This document shows positions 52,040-64,000 of a DNA stretch of 64,000 nucleotides, piece after piece. Origin of the DNA: Camelus ferus. Its lineage: Eukaryota. Made by a program: the position numbers and the translations under genes. The DNA is taken from the NCBI RefSeq assembly GCF_009834535.1, contig NC_045696.1:91886001-91950000 (forward strand). The letters are read 5' to 3'. Numbering within the stretch: the first letter of the stretch is position 1; each line of letters starts with the position of its first letter. The notes beneath the pieces are model-generated. The model saw only the letters and a program-made list of their open reading frames with translations. It was not told the DNA's origin and searched no databases.

Positions 52040-52799
52040 GTTAGGGGCAACAGTTTGGACAACAAACATGTGTCCCTTTCTCAAGGCAAGTCTTAATAGC
52101 CCCAGGCTAAGACTCAGATCTAATTCCCCAGCCTCCTCTGAGCTTGTTAAAGGATCATCCACTCCAGGTTGCCAGCAGGCCTCACTATCTTCATAGCACA
52201 TCTCTGAGTGGAGGAAGCGATGGAAAGGAAGGGTTCAGGTCTCTCTGTAGTGCTTTAGTGAGCACCTTGGGCCAATCCAGCTCAGATCTAGGTCAGCTTT
52301 GGGAACCATAGACAAATATAACTTTCACTGATCTCATGTCTCCCTTTACATAATGTCCTTATAAGACTAGAGAGGCCACTGATGAAATCCACACCGTGAG
52401 GTCATTATTATCTCCATCTACACTCAAGATAACAGTGCTAAGGAAATTTAAATAACTTGCCACAATCATAAAGTTAGTAAGCAATGGAGTTGGGGTTTAA
52501 ATCCAGTCAAACTTCAGAATCCACTGGGTAATTGTTTGGAACATCCCCAGCTGCACACTGTAAGAATCCTGCTCTGAAAAATACTATCTAAATTGATTTG
52601 ACAGCAAATGTCAAGAGTCCTCCTCTTATATCAACCTGCTGTCACCAGTCATTTGATTTCCAAAATGAGGCAGTTGACCCAAACATTAATAAATGAAGAT
52701 ATAATTCTAATTTCAAGATAGATGTATTGTTATTTCTCTTAAACTATTTGCTCTTTAAACTTTCCTCCAAACTTAGGAGAGATGCCAACCTCCTGTGAA

Positions 52800-54362
52800 C
52801 TACAAGCTCTACACAGGCCCCTGGGGTGTTTAATAAGCACCTTGCCCTGAACATGCACAAACAGAACTCTTCATTCCTCATCCCCAACCTCTTCCTCCCC
52901 TGGTCCTCCCCATCAGTAAACACACCACAGTGGTCAAGCCAAAATCCTAAGAGCCATTTTTCACTCCTTTCTTTCCCCTTTCTCCCATATTTGTCTACTT
53001 CATCAGCACGTCCTGGTAGTTCTACTTCTAGACTGTATTCTAAATCTGTACACTTCTTTCATCACTGTTGCTGCCACCTAGTCCAAGCCATCACCCTCTC
53101 ACCTGGATTGCTGCATTCACCTCCCAACTAGACTTCCTGTATTTACCATCCCACCTCCAAAATCTCTTGTCTACACATATTCTGAGTAAGCTTTTAAAAG
53201 TACACTGGCTTATGCCACTCTCCAGTTTAAGGCCTCCAGTGGTTCCCTACTGCAATGAAAATAAAATCCGTATTTCTTCCCATGGCCCACAAATGCCTCA
53301 TGGGATCCGGCCCTTGATGATTCCTTCACCTACCCTTCTCCACACTCCCCCGTACTCACCTCTTCTCAGCGCCTCTGGCCTTCTTTCTGTTCTTCAGCAG
53401 GACAGCCGCTGTGGCTCACTGCTGCCACAGGGTACCAGTGCTGTTCCCTCTACCTGAAGACTTCTTTCTTGCCATCTTGAATTGACTGTCCAAGGTACCA
53501 GCTTTCAGCTCTCAGAGCAAATATCACTTCCTAAGGAAAACCTTCCCTAATCACCCTATTTAAAGCAGTGAACCCCATCATCGTATCCATTTATTGCCTT
53601 CACAGTGAGGGGATCAGGACATGCACCTCCAAATACACTGTTTTGGCATATAGACTATTTTGAGCTGAAGGCAATTAAAAAACAGCAGGTGCAGGAAGGG
53701 CTCTCTGCTCTTCTCCCTTTTTGCCTTAAAGCAGGGAATAAATTTCCTGTGAGAAAGATGCCCTCCTGGTACCAGGAAGAACAAAACACTTTTATCTCTG
53801 GAGATGGGGATTTGATGCCAAGATGAATCTGCACAAACAAATCTTAGTAAAATTACCCTTGCCTTCCATTAGGTATCCCCACATATTTCTTAGTCACTTT
53901 CTCACAATTTACCACCCCTAGAAGTTCAACCCCTTTCCTTTGTCTAGTTACTTCTCCACAATTTATCACCCTTTGTTAAAATGGTATATATGCTTCCAAA
54001 TCTAACCGCTTCTTTAGGGTTCTCACCTCTTTCCTATGAAGCCCCCCCATGCCATGTGAAAATATTAACATCAGATAAAACATGAATGCTTTTCTCGTAC
54101 TTAATCTGTCATTTGTCAGCTTAATTTGCAGGTCTTAACTACAGATCGTAACAGAGTAAAGGGAAAGTTTTTCCTCCCCTATGATAGCACTTACCTAGCA
54201 AAATTTATATTGCTTATACATTTGTTTACTGTTTTGTTTAATGTTCTCCCCACTAAAATCTAGGCTTAATGAAGGTAAGAAATTATTTGTTCTATTCACC
54301 ACCATATCTAGAGGCCTGCCACATAGTTATTGCTCAATAAAGATTTGTTGAACAACTGAATC
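52800..54362 (+). mobile_element. LINE-2 fossil split by an LTR
   Basis: Pyrimidine-rich L2 body (CCTAGTCCAAGCCATCA, CTGTTCCCTCTACCTGAA) and L2 3' end GCTCAATAAAGATTTGTTGAA. Confidence 0.75.
53606..54183 (+). mobile_element. ERV1 solo LTR (MER34A-like)
   Basis: TGAGGGGATCAGGACATGC...TATTTTGAGCTGAAGGCAATT...GGGAAAGTTTTTCCTCCCCTA; 4-bp flanks ACAG/ATAG. Confidence 0.8.
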
Positions 54363-56338
54363 TGCACAGAGGGGATATAGTTTAAGTTCCAAGGAGAGTG
54401 AGATATCTGAGAGAGAGAATGTTAATGGAAGAGCCCCACTAAGTGATCACTATTGATAGAACAATTTGTTTCAGATCCTGAACACATGCCAAGATGCCAC
54501 CTTAACTGAGCATTTACTAAATGCAATTGAAGGCAAGAGATCTTCTGATTTAAAGAGAAAGGAGGACAACTGAAGATTTGAAGGGAAGCAAAGTGATCAA
54601 CTAGGAAAGGGCATCAGTAAGCACACGGTAAGAAGTCTAAAAGTAGAACAAATATCCATGAACAAAACCCTGATTTTAAAGAACAGTTTTAGCATAGATT
54701 CCTGGGGAGAGAAAAGAGATGAGGTGGCAGGGGGTATGCAGTCAGGGAGAGAGAACAAGAGCATCAGAGAGCGACAGGGACACTGAGAGAAGGAGATAGA
54801 GAGAGATTAGATAGTAAGCCATATTCCCATCAACAGTGGAGTTGCACTAACTCTTCCCACCGAATAGCTTATATACACATAATCACTAGGAAGAAGAGTA
54901 GTCAAAAGAATGTTCTATTACATACAAAGAGGAACAAAACAAGTTTGAAGCAGGGGCATTTGCCGAGCTGACAGTGATTCCAGCCCTCCGCCCACAGTGG
55001 GTTTGCCCAGGTACCTCACAGCCTCTGATGGCCCATGATGGCCTCTGCAGGCTTCATGCACCCGACCCTTCCCATGAAGAGCCTGCTGTCACTGATCTGA
55101 GGTGCTGCCACTAGAGTAAGAAATTAATAGAAACTTACATAGTGTACGGGGCTATAGTGATACATCTCCTCCTGCAATCAATAGTTTGTTAGGCAAGAAG
55201 TACCTGTGAAGTGTTTGTAGAGGGAAATACCAAGGCAGAAAACCAAGTGATTTTTTAAAACATGAACTTTTTTAAATGTAAGAGGGGTTACAGACACACT
55301 GCACACTCTCTTTTATATACTGAGAGAACTTCATAAAGTGGCTTATAAATATAGAGACCGTTCTAAATAATCATTTCTGCCTTAAGCTAGTATTACAGGA
55401 AATACATTTTTTTGTGCTTCTTTTTAAAAATTGGTTTTTAAAAGAGGAATGTCATCAGGGAAATTATAAATGGAAAATTATGCAAAGATAAATTTGATGA
55501 GAAGTATCCCCCTTGTCAAAATAGGCCTGTGATAAAAGGAAATGCATTTGAAGAGATTTTTAATTGCATCATTTCTTTCTCTCTAAGCCATTTGCACATC
55601 ATTTGATGTCACAAATGTCAGTTTGTTATCAGTGTACAGGAATTAGACTCAAATAGCCCTATTTACCAATTCTAGTTCTAGCAGACCCTTGCTGGGTGAG
55701 TCACATAATCTCTCTAAGCCAAGCTTTTCTCATGTATAACATGGGGACCGTTGGATAATGGTAAGGATAAGATGAGATAATGCTTTATATGCATCTGGCA
55801 AAAAGTAATGTGCAGTGCACAGCCCTAGTAATTATTATTAATTAAATTCCCTTGATAAATATTTACCATGTGCCTTTGGCATGATAGGTGTTGTCCTAGG
55901 TATTAGGGGTGGGCATCAGGGCTGCCTGTGGGATTATATAGATTGTGTACAAAGCAGACCTAAGGTCACCATTTGCATTGTCACCCAAAGGAACAGCATA
56001 CCCTGGAGCTAGGAGGACACAACCTGGGAGCCATACTTTGTTGCCCTAACAGTAGAAAATAAAATGGGTAAATCTTACACTCTAACGAAAGGAATAGTAT
56101 TTATTATTATGGTGTCACACTTTATAAAATACCTATCATTCAACAGAAGAATACCTACTTAGTAAACCCATAAGTGCTATTTAAGCATTTACTAAATATT
56201 CAGTGCTAGGCTAGGTGGAGTAGACAATGTAGAATTAAGAGGGTTTGCCTTATTTCTGCAACTAAGCAGTTTAAGATCTAGTTACACAAAATGGGGAAAA
56301 ATATATTTAAGTGCTAGTTTGTGTGACATAATTAAGTA

Positions 56339-57403
56339 CAGACAGATCTCACTTTGCATGGGAGTGTGGGACAGTAAAAAGGACTACGCAAGCTGAAGCC
56401 GTGCAAAGTAAGCTTCATAATCAATAGGAAATACTATGATTATGCCAAGACCTACAAAATTTTTAATGAAAATATTAAAAAGCCTCTTAAGGCCATTTAT
56501 AAATGTATAGGGAAAGGAAAAAAATAGTAAACACTGGCATTCAGTAAACTATAGTTTTAAAACTTCAGGAACATTGAGTATTAAAGTATTTTACTTCCTT
56601 GTAAAAAAACATATCAAGAGTAGTTTCCACAGTACTTGACGTCTTATCATATAACTTACTCTACATCTGTTCTATGCTTTGGCAAAGTTGTCAGATGTCT
56701 TCCTAAGTCTGGATCAACTTCCAGCATTTAATCCTTTGCATGTTCAGTGTCATGAAATATCTCCCAAGAGTTTCTTAATATGAAGCATTTCCCTGGAGTC
56801 ACTTCCTCTGGGACATCATCATCCTTATCATCACAACCACTTTCCTCATTAATGTCATTGGTTTGCCTGCACTGAGCACATCTAGGGGGGCTCGCACTGC
56901 AGCAGTGCCCACATTGCCACGGTCTACTATTTCTTTAACTGTATTCACACTGGACTCAGATTCCTTTTCCAGCATTATCTTTTTTGTACTTTGCTGCACT
57001 TTTGCCTTTGTTGGTCAGTTCGTTCTTGATTAACTGTTTCTGTAAAATGTCACAGAGGTTTACTGCTGGGAGACAGGGAGGCAGCACAACTGCACACTTT
57101 GCTATCTGTGTGACAGCAAACAGACCTGGGAGAGCTGAAGAACAGATGCGAGGTGACCATACAGACTGGAGGAAGTGACGTGATTTGTCATGGATCATGA
57201 TGCACATCTGTTATTTACATAGTGATTGGTGCACTCGCGTGCTAGGAGCTAAGTGTGTGCTTTATGCAGTTACTCACAGTTAATATACTATATACAGCAT
57301 GCTAACAAAAATTTGAACTCTGCTATTGGGGGGCCTGGTGGTATTTCATTAAAATGTGGTACCTGAAGTTCATGCAGATCAGAACCATGTGGAGAATTGT
57401 CTG
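56339..57403 (-). mobile_element. TcMar-Tigger non-autonomous DNA transposon (Tigger6a-like), apparently full length
   Basis: TA|CAGACAG at the left and ...TTGTCTG at the right as decayed terminal inverted repeats. Transposase N-terminal remnant (KGKSAAK...KIMLE) on the minus strand. Confidence 0.75.
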
Positions 57404-58589
57404 TCCTCCATTATTTTTGTTAGTTTTTAGCATATGTCAATGGAAAATATGTTCTCATGATAGAAAGCTCTCTCGTATGTTATAATGGAGTCGGATTAAA
57501 CATGGAAGGTTAATAAGGGATAATACATCAAGGTGAAGTGTTAAACATGTACCTTAACATAACATAAACAGAGCTTATAAACATCTACTAAATCACAAAG
57601 ATCAGTATATCTACTATTCAGTAGCCCAGCACTAGAGGCCAAAGTCCAATGGCTTCTGGTGTTTTCTGACAATTGGTTTCATCGTTTTTCCCTTCTATTT
57701 TTGTCTTTTGTTCCCTTTTCTTCCACTGAAATTTAGATATAATTAAATGTAATATATTTTATTAAAAATAGCAACACAGACCCTAATTTGAATAGAGGTA
57801 TTTATCTCCCTGCTCCTTTTCTACCCTTCAAATCTATCCTTCCATCTGTGTATAAGTATCCAGATAATGTTTTCCTGCTCATAATAATGATGATATTATT
57901 ATGAAGTAGTGGAAAGTGAGATAATTTTTTTCATGTTCATATTTGTACTGTGTACATTGTTTGAATTCTTCATGACGAGCACTGATGAACGTGTTAATGT
58001 TTATAAAAAGCAATAGTGATTTTCCTCAAAATCAAACCAATGAGACTTTGAAGCATCCTTTTAAATAATTGAAGGAAATCTTTTAGAATTTTTTTTAAAA
58101 ATTTTTTTCTTGAAAGATAAAATTAGTTCTTTTCTATGTTAAGGGTAAAGAATTGGTTTAAAAGTCTGCCTGAAATTTTAGTTTGTTTTGTCTTTAAACT
58201 CAGAGCTTTCAAGTTCAGGACTAGCAGCCTTCCTAGAATGTATAGAGAGGCTGAAGATTCTAGAAAAACTGGTTTCCATTCAGATATTAAATAATCATTA
58301 CTAATAAGTGAAAATGAGAAGCTATCCAAGTCTAAATTTTATATTATTATCAATTTTGCTTCAAATAACACTTCTCTATAGTAAAACATATTAGTGTTTA
58401 TTACATTGATAAGAGTAGCTGCCTGCTTCTATAAAGCTATTTTTTCCCAAACCCTAGTTAACAAATGGGGTTTATGGGGTTTTTTTGATTGAACAGATCA
58501 ACTAAAAAAACAAAAACAAAAACAGAACAAACTTCCAGTTACACTATACTCTCAGCCTTACTATGGATATAATCAGGGTTGAATTCTTT

Positions 58590-58713
58590 TTAATCATTTT
58601 TAATTTACTTTTTGGAGGGCAGGTAATTGGATTGATTGATTTTAATGGAGGTATTGGGGATTGAATCCAGGACTTTGTGCATGCCAAGCTTGCACTCTAC
58701 CACTGCCTCAACC
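58590..58713 (-). mobile_element. Camelid Vic-1-type tRNA-derived SINE
   Basis: Reverse complement has CAGTGGTAGAG...GCATGCAC...CCTGGATTCAATCCCCAATACCTCC...AATTACCT. Flanked by CAGGGTTGA(A/G)TT repeats at 58574 and 58714. Confidence 0.85.
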
Positions 58714-58849
58714 CAGGGTTGAGTTTTTTGACCTGTTTCTATTCTTTACATTACTTTCTGGGAGTTCTGCTTCTCTGTTAGCCTCAATTTCTATTCATAC
58801 AAAGAGTAGTTCCAAACCTCTCTCCTGCCCTGCCCTGTCACCCCCAAGG

Positions 58850-59835
58850 CCTCTTTAATTTTACATTTCTAATTACGTATAATATAGATCTCACCATCCC
58901 CTAAGAGTTATCCTGAGAGAATTCTCTCCCATCTTAGTCACCAAGGAAACTTCCCAAATGGCCTCCAACTCTGAAACTTGAGAGTTCTTCACAGTAGTTT
59001 TTTTCATCTGGTTGTTATGATTGGCATCAATCCATTCTGTTGAGTGTTCACGATCCTTGCTTCCTCCCTTCATTGCCACCACTCCTGACTGAATCCTAAT
59101 CCTCCCTTATCCCTGAGCTTGTCCAACAGCCTTCACCCCGGGCTTCTGCACTAAGCAGGCACAATAGACGCCCAGCCACCATTTTCAGCATTGTTCTGCC
59201 CACTGGACTCTACAGTGTTTCCCTAAAATTAACTGTATTTTGTTGGCTTCCATTTAAGAACTTCTATTATCTACCTCCGTTTCTTATCAAATTATGCTAC
59301 TTTCTTGTTGGAAACTAAGCATTTATAATCAAATATGCCGCTCCCCTGTGGAAAACCTCATTTCACTCCAGACTCCTCACCAAGACCTAATGAGTGTCTG
59401 CCTGTCTTTCTGACCTTGTTCCCTACTGCTCTTGTCACAGCTCACGCTACTTTAGCTCACTTGTTTCTTTCCATTCCTTCCTACCCTAAGCCCTTTAAAC
59501 TAGCTTTTCCCTCTGCCTTGAAAGCTCTTTACCCAGATCATTGCATGACTGGCTTCCTCTCATCATCTGAGACTCAGTGCCACTGCTTCCTCCTCAGAGA
59601 AGCCTCCCTGACCATCCTGTCTAATGTGCATTCACAGCTGCTACTGTCACATCTCTTACTTACTTTAGTCATAGTACTTTATATTAGTTTTCACTTGTTT
59701 ATTAGCTGTCTGTATCACTGGGAAAAATAGTCCACAAGAACCCAGACCTTGGCTCTCTTGTTCACTGATGTATCTGCATGTCCTAGAACAGTGCCTGGCC
59801 CACCATTAGAGCTCCAGAAATATTTGTTGAATGCA
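58850..59835 (+). mobile_element. LINE-2 fossil
   Basis: TGGCTTCCTCTCATC...CTCAGAGAAGCCTCCCTGACCA...CCTAGAACAGTGCCTGGC...AAATATTTGTTGAATG. Confidence 0.75.
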
Positions 59836-62210
59836 TGATAGTGACATGATTTCTACTTCCTGATTAAGTCAAGCCATTCTCTGTGCTGTCTTGCATGTCT
59901 GTTTGCAAATTCTTAGTATGTGGTTTCTTTATTCCCCTCTACTATATTCTTTTTACTATTCCTTCCTACTGATTCATATTAGTTACTTCAAGATCTCACA
60001 CAAATGCCACTTGCAAAAGCCTTCTCAAATCCTTCCTGCCATGAGCATACTATTACTTCTCCCCTACAGGATTTACCCCAATGTTTTCATGCTACTATCT
60101 TGTGCATTTAAAAAAAAATTCAACATGTTGCTTAATAACTACAATTTTTTTTTTTCTTTTTGAAGCCATCTAATTGTTTTCTTGTTGAGAGAAGATGTAG
60201 TTAAGTGGTGGAAGCTTTGGACTGGGAGTCCTGGAGAACAGTTCCAGACTTTGAACGGGCCACTTCCCTCATCTGTAAAATGGAAGAGTTAGTCTAGACC
60301 AGAGGTTGCAAAATGGCAGCTTGCAGGGTGAGTAAGACCCACAGATGTCTTTTATCTGGCCTTAGGAAAACTCAAATTAGTTGGCAATGTTTAAAAATTG
60401 GGAAATTTTTCAAAAGCTTGGAATTCTACCCTCTCTGAAAAAAAAAAAGTCAACTGATCAGGCGGCAAGAGACCTACATTTCTGCATAACAGCAAATCCA
60501 CTAAGAAGGAAAGCACATTTCCCTAACATGGGGCAGCGACTCTCTGGCATGGCATGGTGCCCAAGTGGCCTGGGGACTTCACTTGTTTATGCTAACTCTG
60601 TTAGAGTTTGAATATATAACCCCAAGACTATATCACCTCTGAGGTCCTTCTAACTCTGCACATCTAAGATTCTGGATAAATATGTCTTATCTCTCTACCC
60701 AGACTTAAAGTTCTTGAAGGTTAGTGCCTGGTTCTTTTCCTTTGCTTGGGCAGGTTGTAGTGTGGGGCATAAAGCAGATGCTTAAAAGTTGTTTGTTGAA
60801 CATTAAATTTAGTTATATACACAAATATGCGGTAAAAACCAGACACTACCTAATAAAAAATTTATTACAAATGTTTGTTCAGCTTTTATAAAGAAAAACA
60901 TCCTATCAAATGCAATTAAAATATTGACACAGAGTTTGTGTGATACGGAAAATTTAACTCTAGACAGATATAACCCAGATGAAGTTTTGCTTAGGCAGGA
61001 GAAAAGAAATGTAGTCCCCCAGTCTCCTTTGTATGTCACTCCCAATATTGGTTCATTGTCGTCATGCAGGCGTTTCAAGAGCAGGATGTACTCAAGGGAT
61101 GGAAAAATATTGCTATTTGCCCTTCCAAGTAAGCATCATGTGTTTAACAGCTGGGGCTTGACGAGACCCTCATTTGTTACATTACCAATTACCTTTGCTG
61201 TTTTCCCACAAAACCACAAAATATTTGGCTTGGTTCAGGACCACCATATTTAATAAATCCCTTTATTCTTTTTGCAACAATTCGTTAACTTTTAAGGGGA
61301 GCACATCACATTAAAACATTTTCTATGGATTAACAGCAATAGCTCAAAGATTCCACACCCAGGTTGGGCCATGGTAGACTGTAGTGAGTGGAAGTCGCAG
61401 GTCTGTAATCGAGGGCAGATTTAGCGCCAGGCTTGTCAAAGACTGTAGTCTGAACACTTTCTTCTCCATTTTCCCATTTTTTACCATAAAGAGAACTCAT
61501 AAATGACATCAATATTTCATCTGAGAAAAGACTACATTCCTCAGAAACTGTCTGCAATAACAAAGGACATAGTTGATACTATGCCATTCGTATTAATACC
61601 AGAATAAATCTTGTTTATAAAGTTTAAATAGCCATAAAATTTGAAAAACACTTTAGAAATTTACATTTATTCAGAACACTATATTCTAAAGAATTAAAAG
61701 ACAAATAAGTTAATCTGATTAAAAATGTTAACACAATGTGTATTGTTTTAATCTCTAACTTTTTTATCATGTATGAGGGACTAAGCTGATGTGTACTTTT
61801 GTACTATCTATGAAAAAAATGTCTTCGTAAGTAAATGAATCGTGTAATATCTGAAAGAAAGCATTTACTTACCAAAGAAAATAATTTGTCTTCCAACACT
61901 TGACAATTCTTTCATTTATAAAACATTCTATTCAAAGTATAGGCAAGACCAGAACTTCTTAGATATGCTAATCATTTTCATCTATTTACTAAATCTGAGC
62001 CTGAACTGCCAGCACTTGTTAGTCATTTTTCTGGTTACTGTAGGTACTTGAAAGTAATAAGGCTGCATTTTCTTTGAAATGGCCCAGTTGGTCCAGATTA
62101 GTGAGTTTTTCTATATATATATTTATATTTTGGGGTTTGGATAATTTTCGTCTTCCATTGATGTCTAAACCATTGTAAATTATACAGTTTACACATTAAA
62201 TCTAGTTGTA

Positions 62211-62356
62211 GGGGTGGGTATAGCTCAGTGGTAGAGTGTGCACTTGGCATGCATGAGGTTCTGAGTTCAATCCCCACGACCTCCCTTAAAATAAGTAAAT
62301 AAACAAACCAAATTACCTCCCCACCTATAAATAAACCAAATTACCTCCCCACCTCC

Positions 62357-62426
<70 letters not shown>
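62211..62426 (+). mobile_element. Camelid Vic-1-type tRNA-derived SINE with duplicated 3' block and (GAAA)n tail
   Basis: GGGGTGGGTATAGCTCAGTGGTAGAG (A box)...GAGTTCAATCCCC (B box). TSD AAATCTA(G/T)TTGTA at 62198-62210 and 62427-62439. Confidence 0.9.
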
Positions 62427-62427
<1 letters not shown>

Positions 62428-62429
62428 AA
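62358..62429. repeat. (GAAA)n microsatellite, ~18 units
   Basis: Direct reading. Confidence 0.95.
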
Positions 62430-63351
62430 TCTATTTGTACCCAACAGTGAAAAGCAGAGCAGCAGACATCTTCCTGCAAGCTGCATGATCTTAACCTTAA
62501 CCTGAGCCTTAGTTTCCTTGTTTGTAAAAAGGTGGGTGATAGTAGTATCTATTTCCAAAGGGTGTAGAGAGCTTAATAGAGAAAAGACAAGCATTCTCTT
62601 AATAAATAAGATCCTCATTATCATGATCATTCCTCATAGGTTTTGAAGATCCTATGTAATAAATTACACATTTTCTAATTTATACTTCCTTCTCCCCATT
62701 TTGCAGATGAAGCCACTTAGGCTCAGAGAATTAAGAAACTTGCTCCAGAGCACACGTGTTGAAGAACATCCTCCTAACAGCTTCGCTTGTAAACTGGCTG
62801 TGAACAAGGCACTATTCTGCTACAAAAGCAGTCTTAGAAATTAACCAGCACAGAGTCAATGGCCACCCTGAGTAGTGACTGCAGTTCAGAGACTGGTTTT
62901 CATATATACTTTGTAGAAGCAGCCTCAGTCTTTTGAGGTTATACCCTGTGTGGGGAATATGAGTCATTGCCTACCCATCCACTCCTCCACACTCTGACAC
63001 TCTCCATTATGAACTAAGTCCTAAGAATTCCTGTCTTATTACTCCCCAAGGGTTTTCAGCCACAGTCATCTCTGACATGTATTTTCACCCTCCTAGTTAA
63101 TTGCTTTCTTAGACTCTATTACACTAGTTCATGTCTACCTCAGCAAATAACTTTGCATCATTATAGAGGAGCTAGATAGTGTTTGGATTGTGGATTGAAT
63201 TCACAAAAGCTGCACTTTTCAATTCATACCACTCCATGACCCAGTAACCTGTGGGAGGACATGGCCCTGGTGCAGAGGCAACTCCCCATGAAACATTGTT
63301 TCCCTAGGTTCTTTTCCCAACTACCTGAAGCAGGTTAGCGGAAGGAGAGGC

Positions 63352-63445
63352 AGTGTTGGTGGCGGTGGTAACAGTGGTGGTGGTGCTGGTAGTGCTGGTG
63401 GTAGTGATGGTATTGGTAACAGGTGGTGATAACAGTGATGGTGGA
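63352..63445. repeat. Degenerate (GTG/GGT)n low-complexity tract
   Basis: Direct reading; it is the source of the poly-Val ORF. Confidence 0.85.
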
Positions 63446-64000
63446 AAAATTTTGTTCAGCTGTGTCGGCACCTCACCCAGCAAATATTTGTGTGGATGTA
63501 TGATTTCATTCTACTTTGAAGATTTGAACTTATCTTGTTAATGTTTCATAATTTATCAAGAGCTTATGAGGTTAAAATTGAGGGTTCCCCAATAAATAGT
63601 ATCTCTATTTTCCTCAAGTGGCATAGGTCTTCATATGTTTGGTTGCAATTTTTTCCCTTTAAAATTTAAAACATTTTCTACCACTTGCCTAAAACGAATG
63701 CTTTTAATGTAAGGCCAGGGATAGAATGAAACCATGTCACATGGATTCAGGTGACTTCTCATTTCTTGGGAATTCTAGGTGTGGTACTTGTGTTAACCAG
63801 ACCATAAGCTCCCAAATGGATTATAAGTATCTTATGGGGAAAAATAAAGTTATGCTTGTCATATGGAGTACCTGAAAAATTTAGGGGAAGAACTGTAATT
63901 CCAAAAGATGCTTTATATCAACTAAGTATTTCTAGCTGTGTGTCTAGATCGCAAGCTGTCTACCTAGGAGCAGAAGGTGTTTTAATGAGCTCAATCTCAG

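Noticed and set aside
62211..62285. Functional tRNA-Ala gene
   Set aside because: It has the SINE 3' body, tail and TSD, and the acceptor stem is imperfect.

Overview
Mammalian genomic DNA, almost certainly camelid (alpaca/llama/camel), judged from two Vic-1-type tRNA-derived SINEs. The only supportable protein-coding gene is the 5' end of LEKR1 on the minus strand. It has a CpG-island promoter and non-coding exon 1 at ~29.9-30.1 kb, a first coding exon at 26846-26893 and a second coding exon at 14450-14664; the gene continues off the left edge. Its introns are packed with nested L1 fossils, mostly antisense to the gene. A second CpG island at ~36.5-37.8 kb has no credible ORF and, by my recollection of human synteny (TIPARP-LINC00886-LEKR1), may be the promoter of a divergent lncRNA. 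The right 26 kb is ordinary repeat-rich non-coding DNA (L1, L2, MIR, MER34-type LTR, Tigger, MER5, MLT1, microsatellites). I found no convincing new biological system. The best observations are a TSD-flanked, tail-less 5' half of tRNA-Glu(CTC); an X-box plus twin perfect CREs at the LEKR1 promoter; an L1 with its 5' tip joined to the inter-ORF region; a template-switch inverted duplication in an L1; a splice-dependent overlapping uORF; and clustered AHR-core motifs in the second island. Repeat family names are from memory of consensus sequences and need RepeatMasker/Dfam confirmation.
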